From assembly GCA_049515895.1 (NCBI GenBank), contig JBEKTQ010000006.1, positions 1 through 64,000 on the forward strand: a stretch of DNA of 64,000 nt. The letters are read 5' to 3'. Positions 19,673 to 29,388 of the stretch are shown in pieces. The position numbers and the translations under genes are program-made. This stretch comes from Candidatus Bathyarchaeia archaeon. Its GTDB lineage: Archaea; Thermoproteota; Bathyarchaeia; Bathyarchaeales; Bathycorpusculaceae. The notes beneath the pieces are model-generated. The model made no database searches. It saw only the letters and a program-made list of their open reading frames with translations, and was not told the DNA's origin. Positions within the stretch are counted from its first letter, which is position 1, and each line of letters opens with the position of its first letter.

Positions 19673-20353
19673 ATGAGTAAACAAAAAACAAAACAAGAAC
19701 AAGTAAACCAACAACCCCAAGACATAGGCAAAATCAACATAACAAACATAATGTTATGGATGATGAAAAATGCCTACGAACAATCAACCATAAAAAGAGT
19801 AGCAAAAGAACTAAGACACTTAGAACGAAACAGCAACACATCAAACCCCGAAGAAGTCAAACTTTACATTGCTAAAAAAACATGCTCCAACGCAAGAAAA
19901 GAAAACCTAATTGAATCCTACGCAATAGTCATAAAAGCATTAGGATTAACTTGGAACCAACCCTTTTACGAACGCTATGACAAAAAACGCAAAGCGCCAA
20001 AAGAAGAACTGATAGACTTCATAATCAACCATGCCCGACCAGTAATGAAACTGAAACTTAGTTTGGAAAAAGACTTAGGAACAAGACCGATAGAACTATT
20101 TTAGCTAAGAGTCGGAGACGTAGACCAAGAAACAAGTATAACAAGCATTACTAGAGCAAAACATACTATAGGGCGAGAGGGCAAACTAAAAATTGCAACA
20201 CTACAACAACTAAGAATTTACATAGAAAAAAACCAGTACTACAACACAAGCTCACCGTTGGCAACAATCATCGCCCGAAGCTATATCATGAAAGCATTTG
20301 TGAGACTGAGCCTGAAACCGATCATTCGCCTTTTTGAATCTAGAAACACATAG
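19673..20353 (+). pseudogene. Tyrosine recombinase/integrase remnant
   Basis: LGTRPIELF*LRVGDVD box-I motif broken by TAG at 20102; AKH lysine present; no HxxR/Tyr C-terminus. Confidence 0.75.
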
Positions 20354-20358
20354 CGGCG

Positions 20359-20562
20359 CTATTCATCATCGCATCTTGCCAGGTATAGAGGTTTTTCTGC
20401 TTCTTTCCTTCTCTCTTCCAGAGGCATGTCGTTCAAGGAAACATATTGTGCGATTATGCTTAGCTCTTCCTTTAGCTCGCGCTCTTGTTTTAGATGTTGT
20501 ATTATGGAGTGGCGTTTTCCATCTGATAGAACCTTTCTATGTTTCTCAACTTGACAACTCAT
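20359..20562 (-). CDS. Small hypothetical protein
   Basis: Charged helical 67-aa ORF. Confidence 0.4.
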   Translation of the reverse strand: MSCQVEKHRKVLSDGKRHSIIQHLKQERELKEELSIIAQYVSLNDMPLEERRKEAEKPLYLARCDDE

Positions 20563-20680
20563 TTGGCAGTCACCATTAGTCTAAACATATCGATTGGGTA
20601 TGTTAACAATGTGCATATTTTACTTGAAATAAATATAAACCATATGAATTTGAAATCCATTACTTACATTAATAATCTTA

Positions 20681-20743
20681 GCGTAGCGCGCTTGCTCCGT
20701 TGTCGAATGAACACACAAAAGCCAAGGACACGCAAAAACCAAA
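20681..20743 (+). repeat. Dispersed GC-rich repeat copy
   Basis: GCGCGCTTGCTCCG..TGTCGAATGA..CAAAAGCCA..CGCAAAAACCAAA; matches 61046 and 23028. Confidence 0.7.
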
Positions 20744-20796
20744 TAAAATTAAGAAAAATTAATTTTCAAATCGACCAGAAGAAAAAGACTAATTAA

Positions 20797-22338
20797 TTAT
20801 TCTGTTGTTTTGGTTTCTTCCTTCTTTATTTTATCTTTAGTTTTACGTTTCGGAATTTTTGGAAAAGAAGCATATAACGCGGAAGCTCTTGCGCGAATAA
20901 TTTTTCTTGTTTCAATTGTAACGGGCGATTTTGCAATAAGCTCATCAAGCTTTCCTTTGCTTTCTTCCATAACTTCTGTGAATTCTTCGTTGGATATTTT
21001 ATCCTCAGATTTTAGCTTTTTTAATTCTTCAATATGCGAAGCTATCAACTCAAATTGTTCGTCAATTACAATTTCTGAAGCTGCGTCCGTTTGTGGCATT
21101 CTTTTTCTCACATATCGAAACAGTAAAGGCACTTGAACTACAATCGAGATAAATGCTACGCCCAGCACCATCGTGTTTATAGTTTGAATATCGCCTAGAG
21201 AAATAACTGCAGAAGTTGTTATCGTAGCCGCTAGTGCTATGGACAAGGCACCTCGAACTCCACCAAGCATGGCAACGTTGCGCCAAACAATAGATATTTT
21301 GTCCCCAAATTTATTAAAGAATCCAAGGATTGGGTAAACCGTCACAGCTCTGGCTACTGTTACTGCGGTGAAGGCAGCAACAATGATAAGAATTGATTGC
21401 GAAAGAGTGATTACGTTTGTCTGGAAACCTATGATTAGAAAGGCAACTGAAGTGCCAAGGAAAGCGGCTATAGCCCAAAAGCTAGTAACTGCTTCTCTTG
21501 TAGCAGGTTCCATTGCAGATCGCATTGTATAGTTGCCAAAGTATAACCCTGCTACTGCGACCGCAATTAGTCCTGAGGCACCTATTCCTGTTGCTAAAGC
21601 GTACGACCCGTATACCACCGCAATTGCCAAGATAGTTTCGGCTACTCGGTCCTCTATCAAGCTTGAAAGAATTTCGCCGATGAATGCCACCACTAACCCG
21701 ATTAGAACACCTGCGCCAAGAGTGAAACCGAAACTAAGTACTGTTTGCGTAGCAGAGAACTTCTGAAGACCAAGACCAATAGTTGAAAGAATTATTGTAA
21801 AAAGAACAATGCCAGTGGCATCATTGAAAGCCGCTTCAGTATCGAGTAGTGTAGATAGTTTTGAAGGAACCTTAGCACGTCGAAAAACCTCTAGAACTGT
21901 TACAGTATCAGTGGGTGCAATTAATGCGGCGAAAAGAAAAGAAACATAAGGAGAAAGACCAAAGACCCGCCATAAAATAAGCCCTCCAACAGAAGTCGCT
22001 ATTAAAACGCCTACGGTTGCCAAGACTAATGAAGGTTTAATTACAGCTTGCAAGTCATCAGCGCAAAGATGAATCATAGCTTCGAATATCAGTGGTGGAA
22101 CCACTAATCCTACGAAAAGACCGCCTCCACCTCCACTCAGAAGCTTAGTGTAGATCAACCTCAATTGAGAAGACAAGTCAGAACTTCCCTGTAAAGTAAA
22201 TAAAAACGCAACTAACGTTATTGCAACCCCTGCTAATATCAAAACCAGCGTGTATGGTACCTTAAGTCTATTAGATAGGAGCGCCGCTAAGAAAGCAACA
22301 GTCAGAAACGCTGCCACTACAAGCTCAATGCTAGGCAA
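20797..22338 (-). CDS. CPA1/NhaP-family Na+/H+ antiporter
   Basis: PPLIFEA, APTDTV, EAAFNDATG, GGVRGALS. Confidence 0.92.
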   Translation of the reverse strand: MPSIELVVAAFLTVAFLAALLSNRLKVPYTLVLILAGVAITLVAFLFTLQGSSDLSSQLRLIYTKLLSGGGGGLFVGLVVPPLIFEAMIHLCADDLQAVIKPSLVLATVGVLIATSVGGLILWRVFGLSPYVSFLFAALIAPTDTVTVLEVFRRAKVPSKLSTLLDTEAAFNDATGIVLFTIILSTIGLGLQKFSATQTVLSFGFTLGAGVLIGLVVAFIGEILSSLIEDRVAETILAIAVVYGSYALATGIGASGLIAVAVAGLYFGNYTMRSAMEPATREAVTSFWAIAAFLGTSVAFLIIGFQTNVITLSQSILIIVAAFTAVTVARAVTVYPILGFFNKFGDKISIVWRNVAMLGGVRGALSIALAATITTSAVISLGDIQTINTMVLGVAFISIVVQVPLLFRYVRKRMPQTDAASEIVIDEQFELIASHIEELKKLKSEDKISNEEFTEVMEESKGKLDELIAKSPVTIETRKIIRARASALYASFPKIPKRKTKDKIKKEETKTTE

Positions 22339-22420
22339 CAGAACATCCCCCTAATCGTCGAATTTAGTTTAAGCTTCTAATTCTAAAGGTTCTTAATCAA
22401 TCTGTCTAAAGCAACCATAT

Positions 22421-22510
22421 GTGCGCTCGGCGCTTCGCTTGCGCTCTCGCTCCGCTATTGCGGTTCTGTTCAAATGATTTGCGAAAACCGAAAGCGGTTA
22501 AAAAAGCCAA
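22421..22510 (+). repeat. Dispersed GC-rich repeat copy
   Basis: GCTTCGCTTGCGCTCTCGCTCCGC..CAAATGA..AAAAGCCA. Confidence 0.7.
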
Positions 22511-22563
22511 CTTGTTAAATCTTTAATACTTAAACATACATACCACATTCTGAGGCAACTCGT

Positions 22564-22968
22564 TTGAATCTGTCAATTGTAAATTTGCCAGTTCAAACCG
22601 TAATCTTGGTTTTGATTTTGGTTAGCACGGCATTCAGAATGAAAGGCAACTACAAAGTTCATGCAGGCACAATGACATTTGCAGTAGTTTTCGGAATAAT
22701 TTTTGGAACAGCAGGAGCTACAATGTCTTTTTCTGACAGCAGTTACGTGAAAACCCTAATGAATCCATCCCTGAATCTGACAACGTTTATTTCACATATG
22801 GCTCTGGGAATTGTGACCTTTGCTTCTGGAATAACTCTCGTTGCACTTTTGCTCGCTGATAAAGCAATTCCTGGTCGTAGCAACCTAATGGCAAAGATAA
22901 CACCCATTTTATGGACTATAGTGTATGCTGTGGGCATATTGCTTCTTGTGGTACTCCACGTCATGTGA
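22564..22968 (+). CDS. 4-TM membrane protein (DUF420-like)
   Basis: Four TM helices with two His. Confidence 0.65.
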   Translation: MNLSIVNLPVQTVILVLILVSTAFRMKGNYKVHAGTMTFAVVFGIIFGTAGATMSFSDSSYVKTLMNPSLNLTTFISHMALGIVTFASGITLVALLLADKAIPGRSNLMAKITPILWTIVYAVGILLLVVLHVM

Positions 22969-23027
22969 TGCAAAGCAACACCTTTTGCATAGCAAAAACA
23001 CCCCTCTTTTTTTGAAAAACCAATTAA

Positions 23028-23084
23028 GCTTCACTTGCGCTTACGCGCTCGCTCCGCTCTTGCCAAATGAAAACGCAAAAGCCA
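23028..23084 (+). repeat. Dispersed GC-rich repeat copy
   Basis: GCTTCACTTGCGCTTACGCGCTCGCTCCGCTCTTGCCAAATGAAAACGCAAAAGCCA. Confidence 0.75.
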
Positions 23085-23117
23085 CGCGTCACCAAGAATG
23101 CACACTCAGCTAATGAA

Positions 23118-23255
23118 TTAACGAATTACCAGAACCTCTCTCCAGCGCACGCTCGAGATTTTTTTGGAGAAGCGAGGCGAGGGATGTGGAAGGTTCCTAC
23201 CCTCGGTGCCTTGGAGCTTTTCTCCTTTCTCCTCGTCCTTCTCCAACTGACTCAT
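23118..23255 (-). CDS. Possible 45-aa microprotein
   Basis: MSQLEKDEEKGEKLQG...WREVLVIR. Confidence 0.35.
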   Translation of the reverse strand: MSQLEKDEEKGEKLQGTEGRNLPHPSPRFSKKISSVRWREVLVIR

Positions 23256-23480
23256 GATTAGAGAATGTTATATTAGCTATGTTTCAAACTTGGGAATATT
23301 TCAGAAAATAGAAATCTATTTGGGCTTAACAAACATTTCAAAAGTTTAGTAACTTCTTGTTACTCGTGGTACTTAGCCAGATTTTCATGGATTGCACACC
23401 TTAGAACCTCAGTTCTACATAGAACAGATTGCCAAGTTTTCCTGAAGTCTTATATCTGCATAGCATCGAAATAGGCAAAC

Positions 23481-23903
23481 GTGGAAATAACAGAAAAAGA
23501 AAGATTAATGCTTCTTGAATACAAGAAACACATATGCGATGCAACTATGGAATTGATAGAGCTATCGCATGATTTAGGAAAAAACGAATTGGAGATTAAA
23601 AAGAAAATCTCCTTAGTGCTTTCATCGTTAAGTAAGATTGCTTCCTATTCTGAGATCAAAAACTGTAATTTGGATGGTTTTAGGGAAATCGCAAATGAAA
23701 TCTTCGAAGATTTCATTCACCCGTCACGGGAGTTCGAATTATTAAGAGAAATTGATTCTTCACTCTGGGAAAAAGAGATTAATCTGAAGTTGGAACTTTT
23801 CTGCAACTATGCCAATTTTATAAGATTTGATTTCGCCAACAATAAAGCCATTAAGATAAACTTTCCTAAGAATCTCAATTTAGGTTATATCACTAACAGA
23901 TAA
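23481..23903 (+). CDS. Hypothetical protein
   Basis: 140-aa AT-rich ORF. Confidence 0.6.
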   Translation: MEITEKERLMLLEYKKHICDATMELIELSHDLGKNELEIKKKISLVLSSLSKIASYSEIKNCNLDGFREIANEIFEDFIHPSREFELLREIDSSLWEKEINLKLELFCNYANFIRFDFANNKAIKINFPKNLNLGYITNR

Positions 23904-24079
23904 TTACTTTTTTTGTCCCTTGTCCAAATTTTAGAGTACATTTTGCGCTCGCGCAGAGCTCTCTTTCTCGTTGTGTATTGAGATGCTTAACAGATTTCAT
24001 ATACTAATTAACGCTTACTTGCTATCCAAAAGTATCGCAATAGAAAGACTGCAATTGCGACTCTGGAGGCTAAGGAAGA

Positions 24080-24448
24080 ATGAACGACTCAATAGAAGAC
24101 AGAATTTCTAAGCAAAGAAAGTTTGATGAATATTTAATTGAAGCGATTGATGAAGTATTAACATTGTTGGGAGCCGCAGTTAAAAACACGATATTTTTGA
24201 ACCTTGAAAATAATTTTAACATTCCAAAAAACGAAATCCCTAACCACCTTAACGAGTTCACTCATTATTTACAGCAGACCTTTGATGTAGGCGCAGCTCG
24301 TCTTGAAATTGAATTTATGCGGCATCTTCATTCGAAAATAAATGTCAACTTTCAAGTGAATAAAAACGAATGGATTGTGCCTAATACTGAAGAATTGACC
24401 TTTGAAGATTATGTCTGTAATGCACGTAACAGTTATTGTAACTTGTAG
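24080..24448 (+). CDS. Small archaeal helical domain (NitrOD5/DUF3227-like)
   Basis: AIDEVL.LLG..VK..I...LE..F.I...EIP pattern. Confidence 0.55.
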   Translation: MNDSIEDRISKQRKFDEYLIEAIDEVLTLLGAAVKNTIFLNLENNFNIPKNEIPNHLNEFTHYLQQTFDVGAARLEIEFMRHLHSKINVNFQVNKNEWIVPNTEELTFEDYVCNARNSYCNL

Positions 24449-24524
24449 AAAAGCGCAACAAAACTGATAAACTTAACAAAAACCGATGCGAGTTCTTCAA
24501 CCAGACCTACGATATGACGCTGGA

Positions 24525-24633
24525 GCTTCGTTCTCGCTTGCGCGCGCTCGCTTCGCCTTGCACGTTCCAGATGACAAGTGGCCAACGAGCTTAAGTTTCG
24601 CACCCTCAAGCGTAGGAAACGCAAAAATCGAAA
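24525..24633 (+). repeat. Dispersed GC-rich repeat copy
   Basis: CGCTTGCGCGCGCTCGCTTCGC..CAGATGA..AAACGCAAAAA. Confidence 0.65.
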
Positions 24634-24674
24634 AACTCTAATCTAAAAAACAATCAATATAGAACCGTGAAATC

Positions 24675-25168
24675 ATGTCATTCACCCTCGATATTCCCAC
24701 GATATCTATTGTGATTGCATCAGCCAGCGTAATAATCAGCGCAGCCTATTTCATGCTGGACGTTCGAGGCCATCGCAAGATGAGGCAAACCGAAAGTATT
24801 ATCAGACTTTCTCCATGGTTTAACATGGGCGCGAAAGAAATTCAAGAAGCAATAATTAATGTGTGCTCTGTAGAATATACCGACTACAAAGATTATCTTG
24901 CAAAATACGCTGGTAAACCGAACAAACTTCGCTAAGACTTTTGGGCAATTTTTTTGAAGGTGTTGGTTTGCTCGTTTACATGAAACTATTAGATATGACC
25001 GCGGTCTTTAATTTCTGGGGTGATGTTGCAGAATCTGTTTGGGACGATAATGAAGAATTAATTAACAACATGCGCAAGGAAACTGGTACTCCATTTACGT
25101 TTCAGTATTGGGAGTTTCTTGTTAAAGAGTTTAAGAAAAGAAAAATTGCCATCAGCAAAAACAAATAG
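24675..25168 (+). pseudogene. Frameshifted TM-anchored protein (DUF4760-like)
   Basis: A -1 shift near 24920 gives KYAGKP-EQTSLRLLGNFFEGVG, joining two ORFs. Confidence 0.7.
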
Positions 25169-25203
25169 GTTACAATTTCGCGAGAAAAAAAGAAAAGGGG
25201 GGT

Positions 25204-25749
25204 TTAGCTCATTGGTGGCGGTTGTGACATTTGAGCGGGTTGAGGGGCTGGGGTTGTTGGTATTTGGAAGAAGCCTACTAGTATTAGTATCCAAGCGATG
25301 AAGATCAGAAACAACCCAACTATGACTATTGTTAGAACGGCTCCTATGAGTAAAAGCAGTCCTCCAGTTCTGAATAGTCCGACTCCAGATTTGTTTGCGA
25401 GCGAATCGAATGCTTTTCGGATGTAAATGGCTTCAAGTATGTAGAATATGAAAGCTACTACAAGGAAAGCGATTATTCCAACGAAGAAACCTGCTATTCC
25501 CGCACCGACAGTAAACAAGCTGCCGAAAAACACTGACACTAGGACTAAGCCTGCAGCGACTAATCCGATTACTCCAAAGATCACTGCCCAGAGAGTATTC
25601 TTCCACATGCTTTCGTCATGGTATGCTTCGGACAATTGTTTCATGCCAAATAGTATGAGTATTATGCCGACAATGCCCAGAAAAGGAGCTGGTATTACCA
25701 GCAGGATTGAACCGATGCCTCCCAAGTTTTTTCCTGACTCTAAAGACAA
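25204..25749 (-). CDS. DUF996-family membrane protein
   Basis: MSLESGKNLGGIGSIL; LFRTGGLLLLIGA. Confidence 0.8.
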   Translation of the reverse strand: MSLESGKNLGGIGSILLVIPAPFLGIVGIILILFGMKQLSEAYHDESMWKNTLWAVIFGVIGLVAAGLVLVSVFFGSLFTVGAGIAGFFVGIIAFLVVAFIFYILEAIYIRKAFDSLANKSGVGLFRTGGLLLLIGAVLTIVIVGLFLIFIAWILILVGFFQIPTTPAPQPAQMSQPPPMS

Positions 25750-25967
25750 AACAAAGCCCTCAAGATTCTTTTATTTAAAGTGCATAAAAGCTTTTCTACC
25801 GTTAAAATAGCCCATTTTGCGTTTGCATCATCTGGCACGTTCGAATCCCAGTCTCCTAATTTTGTAAACAGAATGCTGTGAATGCAAAGAAACGCATACG
25901 AAGAATTGGTTGGCGGTCCAACCAACAAGGCAGTTGAAATCTCTCACAATAGTGTTCGTTCAGATTT

Positions 25968-26345
25968 TTATGAAGGTCCAGGCGATGCGGGCGATATTTT
26001 GCTGATATTTTCTCTTATGATGCCGTAAGCTTTCTCTGCATCGGAGTTGGGTAGGTCACCTAAAGTTAATGGTTCTCCACCGAATCTAAGTGAACATTTG
26101 ATGGTTGATCGCAAAACTCCTTTGTCCAAGATTACATTTGCAAAATCCTTGTAGTTGAAGTCTGTATAGTCCTTCTTTAACCCTAGCGCGTGAGGATGTC
26201 GCAGTATTATTCGTTCATTTGTGATAACGACTGAATCTATGTTGATTTTGGGGTGATAAATTTTCTGTTGAATGTACATTTCAACAGTCTCGTTGGGTCC
26301 AAGAATTTTTTTCAGATCCTCAGGAACAGACATAATAGTTACCAA
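25968..26345 (-). CDS. Bacterial-type PH-domain protein
   Basis: ILGPNETV..SVVITNERII; paralog of 26407 gene. Confidence 0.75.
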   Translation of the reverse strand: MVTIMSVPEDLKKILGPNETVEMYIQQKIYHPKINIDSVVITNERIILRHPHALGLKKDYTDFNYKDFANVILDKGVLRSTIKCSLRFGGEPLTLGDLPNSDAEKAYGIIRENISKISPASPGPS

Positions 26346-26406
26346 AGATGATTAAACAAAACCAGTTATTATCTTTTGACCCTGCACTAAAATACTGAGC
26401 TTTTCT

Positions 26407-26892
26407 CTATGTTAAGAGTGCTCCGCAATTGATGCACTTGGAGTCCTCTGGTTTGTTTTTAGCTCCACAGAACTTGCAAAATATTATTCCTGGAATTGCC
26501 TTTGGTGAAGCAGGCGTTTGGAATCTGCTTATGTTTTCTCTAATTATTCCGTATGCTTTCTCTGCGTCAGCGTTAGGCAGGTCGTTCAATGAAAGAGGTT
26601 CTCCTCCTAACTTGAGCGTACATTTGATTGTTGAGCGCAGTATTCCCCTGTCAATGATTACGTTCGCAATGTTCCGGTAATTGAAATCGGTGTAGTCTTT
26701 TTTCAGTCTGAGCGCGTGAGGATGCCGCAATATTATTCTCTCGTTCGTTATAACAACCGAGTCAATGTCCAGTTTGGGATGATAAAACTTCTGCTTAATG
26801 TAAATTTGAACAGTCTCGTTGGGACCAAGTATATTCTTCAAGTCTTCAGGAGCTGCCATAATCATCAACCAAAGTTTAGAAAACTCTACCAA
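26407..26892 (-). CDS. PH-domain protein with C-terminal zinc ribbon
   Basis: Same PH domain plus FCKFCG..KCINCG. Confidence 0.78.
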   Translation of the reverse strand: MVEFSKLWLMIMAAPEDLKNILGPNETVQIYIKQKFYHPKLDIDSVVITNERIILRHPHALRLKKDYTDFNYRNIANVIIDRGILRSTIKCTLKLGGEPLSLNDLPNADAEKAYGIIRENISRFQTPASPKAIPGIIFCKFCGAKNKPEDSKCINCGALLT

Positions 26893-27021
26893 TTATTTAT
26901 CTCTTAACCCAAGTACCCTCAACGCGGATTAGAATGAGCAAGGGTCAAACTGTTTTATGAGCCTCAACTTCGTCTTATTTTCAGTTTTTCGCCTTTTGTG
27001 CTCTTTGCGCCTTCTTAGGTT

Positions 27022-27327
27022 ATGTTCCGGCAAATTTTAGAGAAAAGTCTGGATAGTATTTCCTTCTTAGAACACACAAATCGTTATACTGAATTCGCGC
27101 CATCTACTGAAATCAAAAGAGAAAGAATTGAGGTGATAAAGCTGTTGTCAAGAGATTGCGGCGGGTGCTCACAGAAGAAGGTGTGCGGGCAACGCTACAG
27201 AAAAGTGCAGAATGGCGAAAAAGTCTACTGCCCCGACGGAACAGTACATCTAGTAGATAGCGCGTCCAAATGCCAAACTATTGAATTCCACATCGCAGAT
27301 ACCATAGAGAAGACTCCGAATCAATGA
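27022..27327 (+). CDS. Cys-rich hypothetical protein (true start probably later)
   Basis: CGGC..C..YCPDG; GAGGTG RBS near 27131. Confidence 0.45.
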   Translation: MFRQILEKSLDSISFLEHTNRYTEFAPSTEIKRERIEVIKLLSRDCGGCSQKKVCGQRYRKVQNGEKVYCPDGTVHLVDSASKCQTIEFHIADTIEKTPNQ

Positions 27328-27354
27328 ATGTTGAAGTTAGAATTAATTTATTGT

Positions 27355-27567
27355 TCAATCAGACGGTCCGTTTCCTTTGCTCGAGAGCTTAGTTTTATTC
27401 CTAAAGTATAATGTTGAAAGAACATAAGCTAAAGTGATCAGTAAAGCTAAAACTAACGCGGCAAATGAAGTAGTCCGACTTTTATCATAGAACAGGTAAG
27501 CTACATAAAATATAATAATGTCTATTATGGCGATTCCAACAAGTCTTACTACTAGTTGTAAATCCAT
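27355..27567 (-). CDS. 2-TM small protein
   Basis: Two hydrophobic helices. Confidence 0.6.
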   Translation of the reverse strand: MDLQLVVRLVGIAIIDIIIFYVAYLFYDKSRTTSFAALVLALLITLAYVLSTLYFRNKTKLSSKGNGPSD

Positions 27568-27826
27568 TATTCTCTCTTATTCTATAGTTATTTTCCGTGA
27601 AGATAAAGATAATCAATTAGAAACGACATGGATGATTCAAAAATTAGCTCCCGATCCTCATTAGACCAGCGGATCCTAGGATAACCAAGTAACTCAACCA
27701 AACGGTTCAAAGGATAAAGGATAAAGATACACCGTCAAACACAAGAAGCATAAACTAGTCAAAGCTGACGACAAAAAGACTTGTCTCAGACCTTGGAAAC
27801 AAAAGAAAAAAAGAGAGTTTTTGTTT

Positions 27827-28495
27827 TTAAACGGGTGTCGGTGTCGATGGAGGAGCAACATACGTTACAGGGGTTTGTTCCATTTGCGGTTTCATCTGGG
27901 CAAAGGCAATGACCATCAGCAGCACAGCAACCCACATAATAATGAGGCCTATGCCAATTATCGTCAACGCTGCCCCTATTACCAGCACAAGAGACGCAGT
28001 TGAGAACAAGCCCACGCTAGATTTGGTTGCCAGCATCTTTAGTGATTTCCTAGCAAAGACAGCCCAGACGATAAGGAAAATCCACAGAATCACAAAGGCC
28101 ACAAGCGCCCCCTCTATCAGCGAAAACACACTGCTAGCGGTTATGTTTGATGTGTTAGGTGTCATGCCTGAAATGGATGAAATTGATGACCAGTTGCCAT
28201 TCCATGATGGATAAAGGTCTTTAAGTAAAGTCGTTAGATTGTTTAAAACTGCGACAACAACCACTATGGCTGCTATGACAGCGCCAACTATGCCCGCAAT
28301 AAATCCGTACAAGGAATTGTTGAAGATTCCTTTTTCGTTGTAAATGTTTGCCAACCCATGCAGTGAAATCAGAATGAGTATTATGCCTACTATTGCAAGA
28401 ACGCCGAAAGTAAATGAACCTATATACGGTAGTACTCCTATAAGCAGCAGAATCGAACCGACCAGGCCCAAAGTCTTACTTGATTCAAGAGTCAT
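27827..28495 (-). CDS. DUF996-family membrane protein
   Basis: MTLESSKTLGLVGSIL; paralog of 25204 gene; GAGGT RBS. Confidence 0.8.
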   Translation of the reverse strand: MTLESSKTLGLVGSILLLIGVLPYIGSFTFGVLAIVGIILILISLHGLANIYNEKGIFNNSLYGFIAGIVGAVIAAIVVVVAVLNNLTTLLKDLYPSWNGNWSSISSISGMTPNTSNITASSVFSLIEGALVAFVILWIFLIVWAVFARKSLKMLATKSSVGLFSTASLVLVIGAALTIIGIGLIIMWVAVLLMVIAFAQMKPQMEQTPVTYVAPPSTPTPV

Positions 28496-28623
28496 CGATT
28501 TTACCTCTTGTTTTGTGCGGCTTTTTAAGAATAAAAGCTTTTCCATGCCTCTCGACGACTGAAAAGAAATTTATTTCTAATACATTGAGTAAATGTCTAA
28601 TTGGTGAATTTGCAGTTCGAATT

Positions 28624-29388
28624 TCAGGGGGGAATCCTGCTATTTGCTCGTATTTTCCTGGTTCTAACTGACAACACCACGGCTGCTAACGCGATTAACA
28701 CGAAGATGACCGCTAGCGATATGACCGGAAGTTCGGGGACAGTGGCCGTGGGGGTGGGTGTAGAACTTGCGGTCGCCGTTTTCGAAGTCGAGGCCGAAGA
28801 TGTTGGGGTCGGGGATGGCGATGGTGAGCTTGAGCTTGAGGAGGTGCTGACATTGCCGTTAATTACAGTAGCACTTATGGGTTCGGATGTCTGGCCTGAA
28901 CCTGGCTGCGCGTAACTAGCTAGCTGGGGGCTGGACGACGTGGAGGACTTAAGTGTCAAAGACGATTGCCCTGTACTTGTTACTGTAAAAGTCAGTGTTG
29001 CGACGGTTGCACTCCCACTGAATGGTCCAGCTGGGTTTTCTGAAGTTGCGATAATGTTATATTCACCTGTAGCTTGGTCTGCCGTGTCTTGTACTACGAG
29101 TACTGGGCTGTTCAAAACACCGTTAGCTACCCCTACAAAAGACTGGTTGCTGTCAAGTTTTAGCATCGATGTGCTCCATGTGAGCGCAATGTCGACCGCG
29201 TAAAGGTTCTGCACATTGCTGATTTCGATATGAATCGTCAAGGTTTGACCAACTGTAACTATGTTATTTTGAGGCGAAACACTAACGGTCGTAGTTTGTG
29301 CCTTGACTGTGTGAATGGGTAAAACGACAAATAAAGAAGCGATAAATAACAACACAATTATGCTAGTTTTCAGTTGATTAATCCGCAT
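28624..29388 (-). CDS. Cohesin-domain surface protein with S/T/P linker and PEF-CTERM-like anchor
   Basis: VSVSP..VGQTLTI.I.ISNVQNLY..FSGSATVATLTF; VPEL + TM + basic tail. Confidence 0.75.
   Translation of the reverse strand: MRINQLKTSIIVLLFIASLFVVLPIHTVKAQTTTVSVSPQNNIVTVGQTLTIHIEISNVQNLYAVDIALTWSTSMLKLDSNQSFVGVANGVLNSPVLVVQDTADQATGEYNIIATSENPAGPFSGSATVATLTFTVTSTGQSSLTLKSSTSSSPQLASYAQPGSGQTSEPISATVINGNVSTSSSSSSPSPSPTPTSSASTSKTATASSTPTPTATVPELPVISLAVIFVLIALAAVVLSVRTRKIRANSRIPP

Noticed and set aside
20102-20104. TAG readthrough or pyrrolysine recoding (also at 35379)
   Set aside because: TAG ends hppA, pelota, AK6 and tfb at their expected C-termini, the integrase is truncated anyway, and no pyl genes are in the window
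20681-24633. CRISPR array or classical attC sites
   Set aside because: Copies are divergent, separated by whole genes and lack attC core sites; no cas genes or intI-specific features were seen
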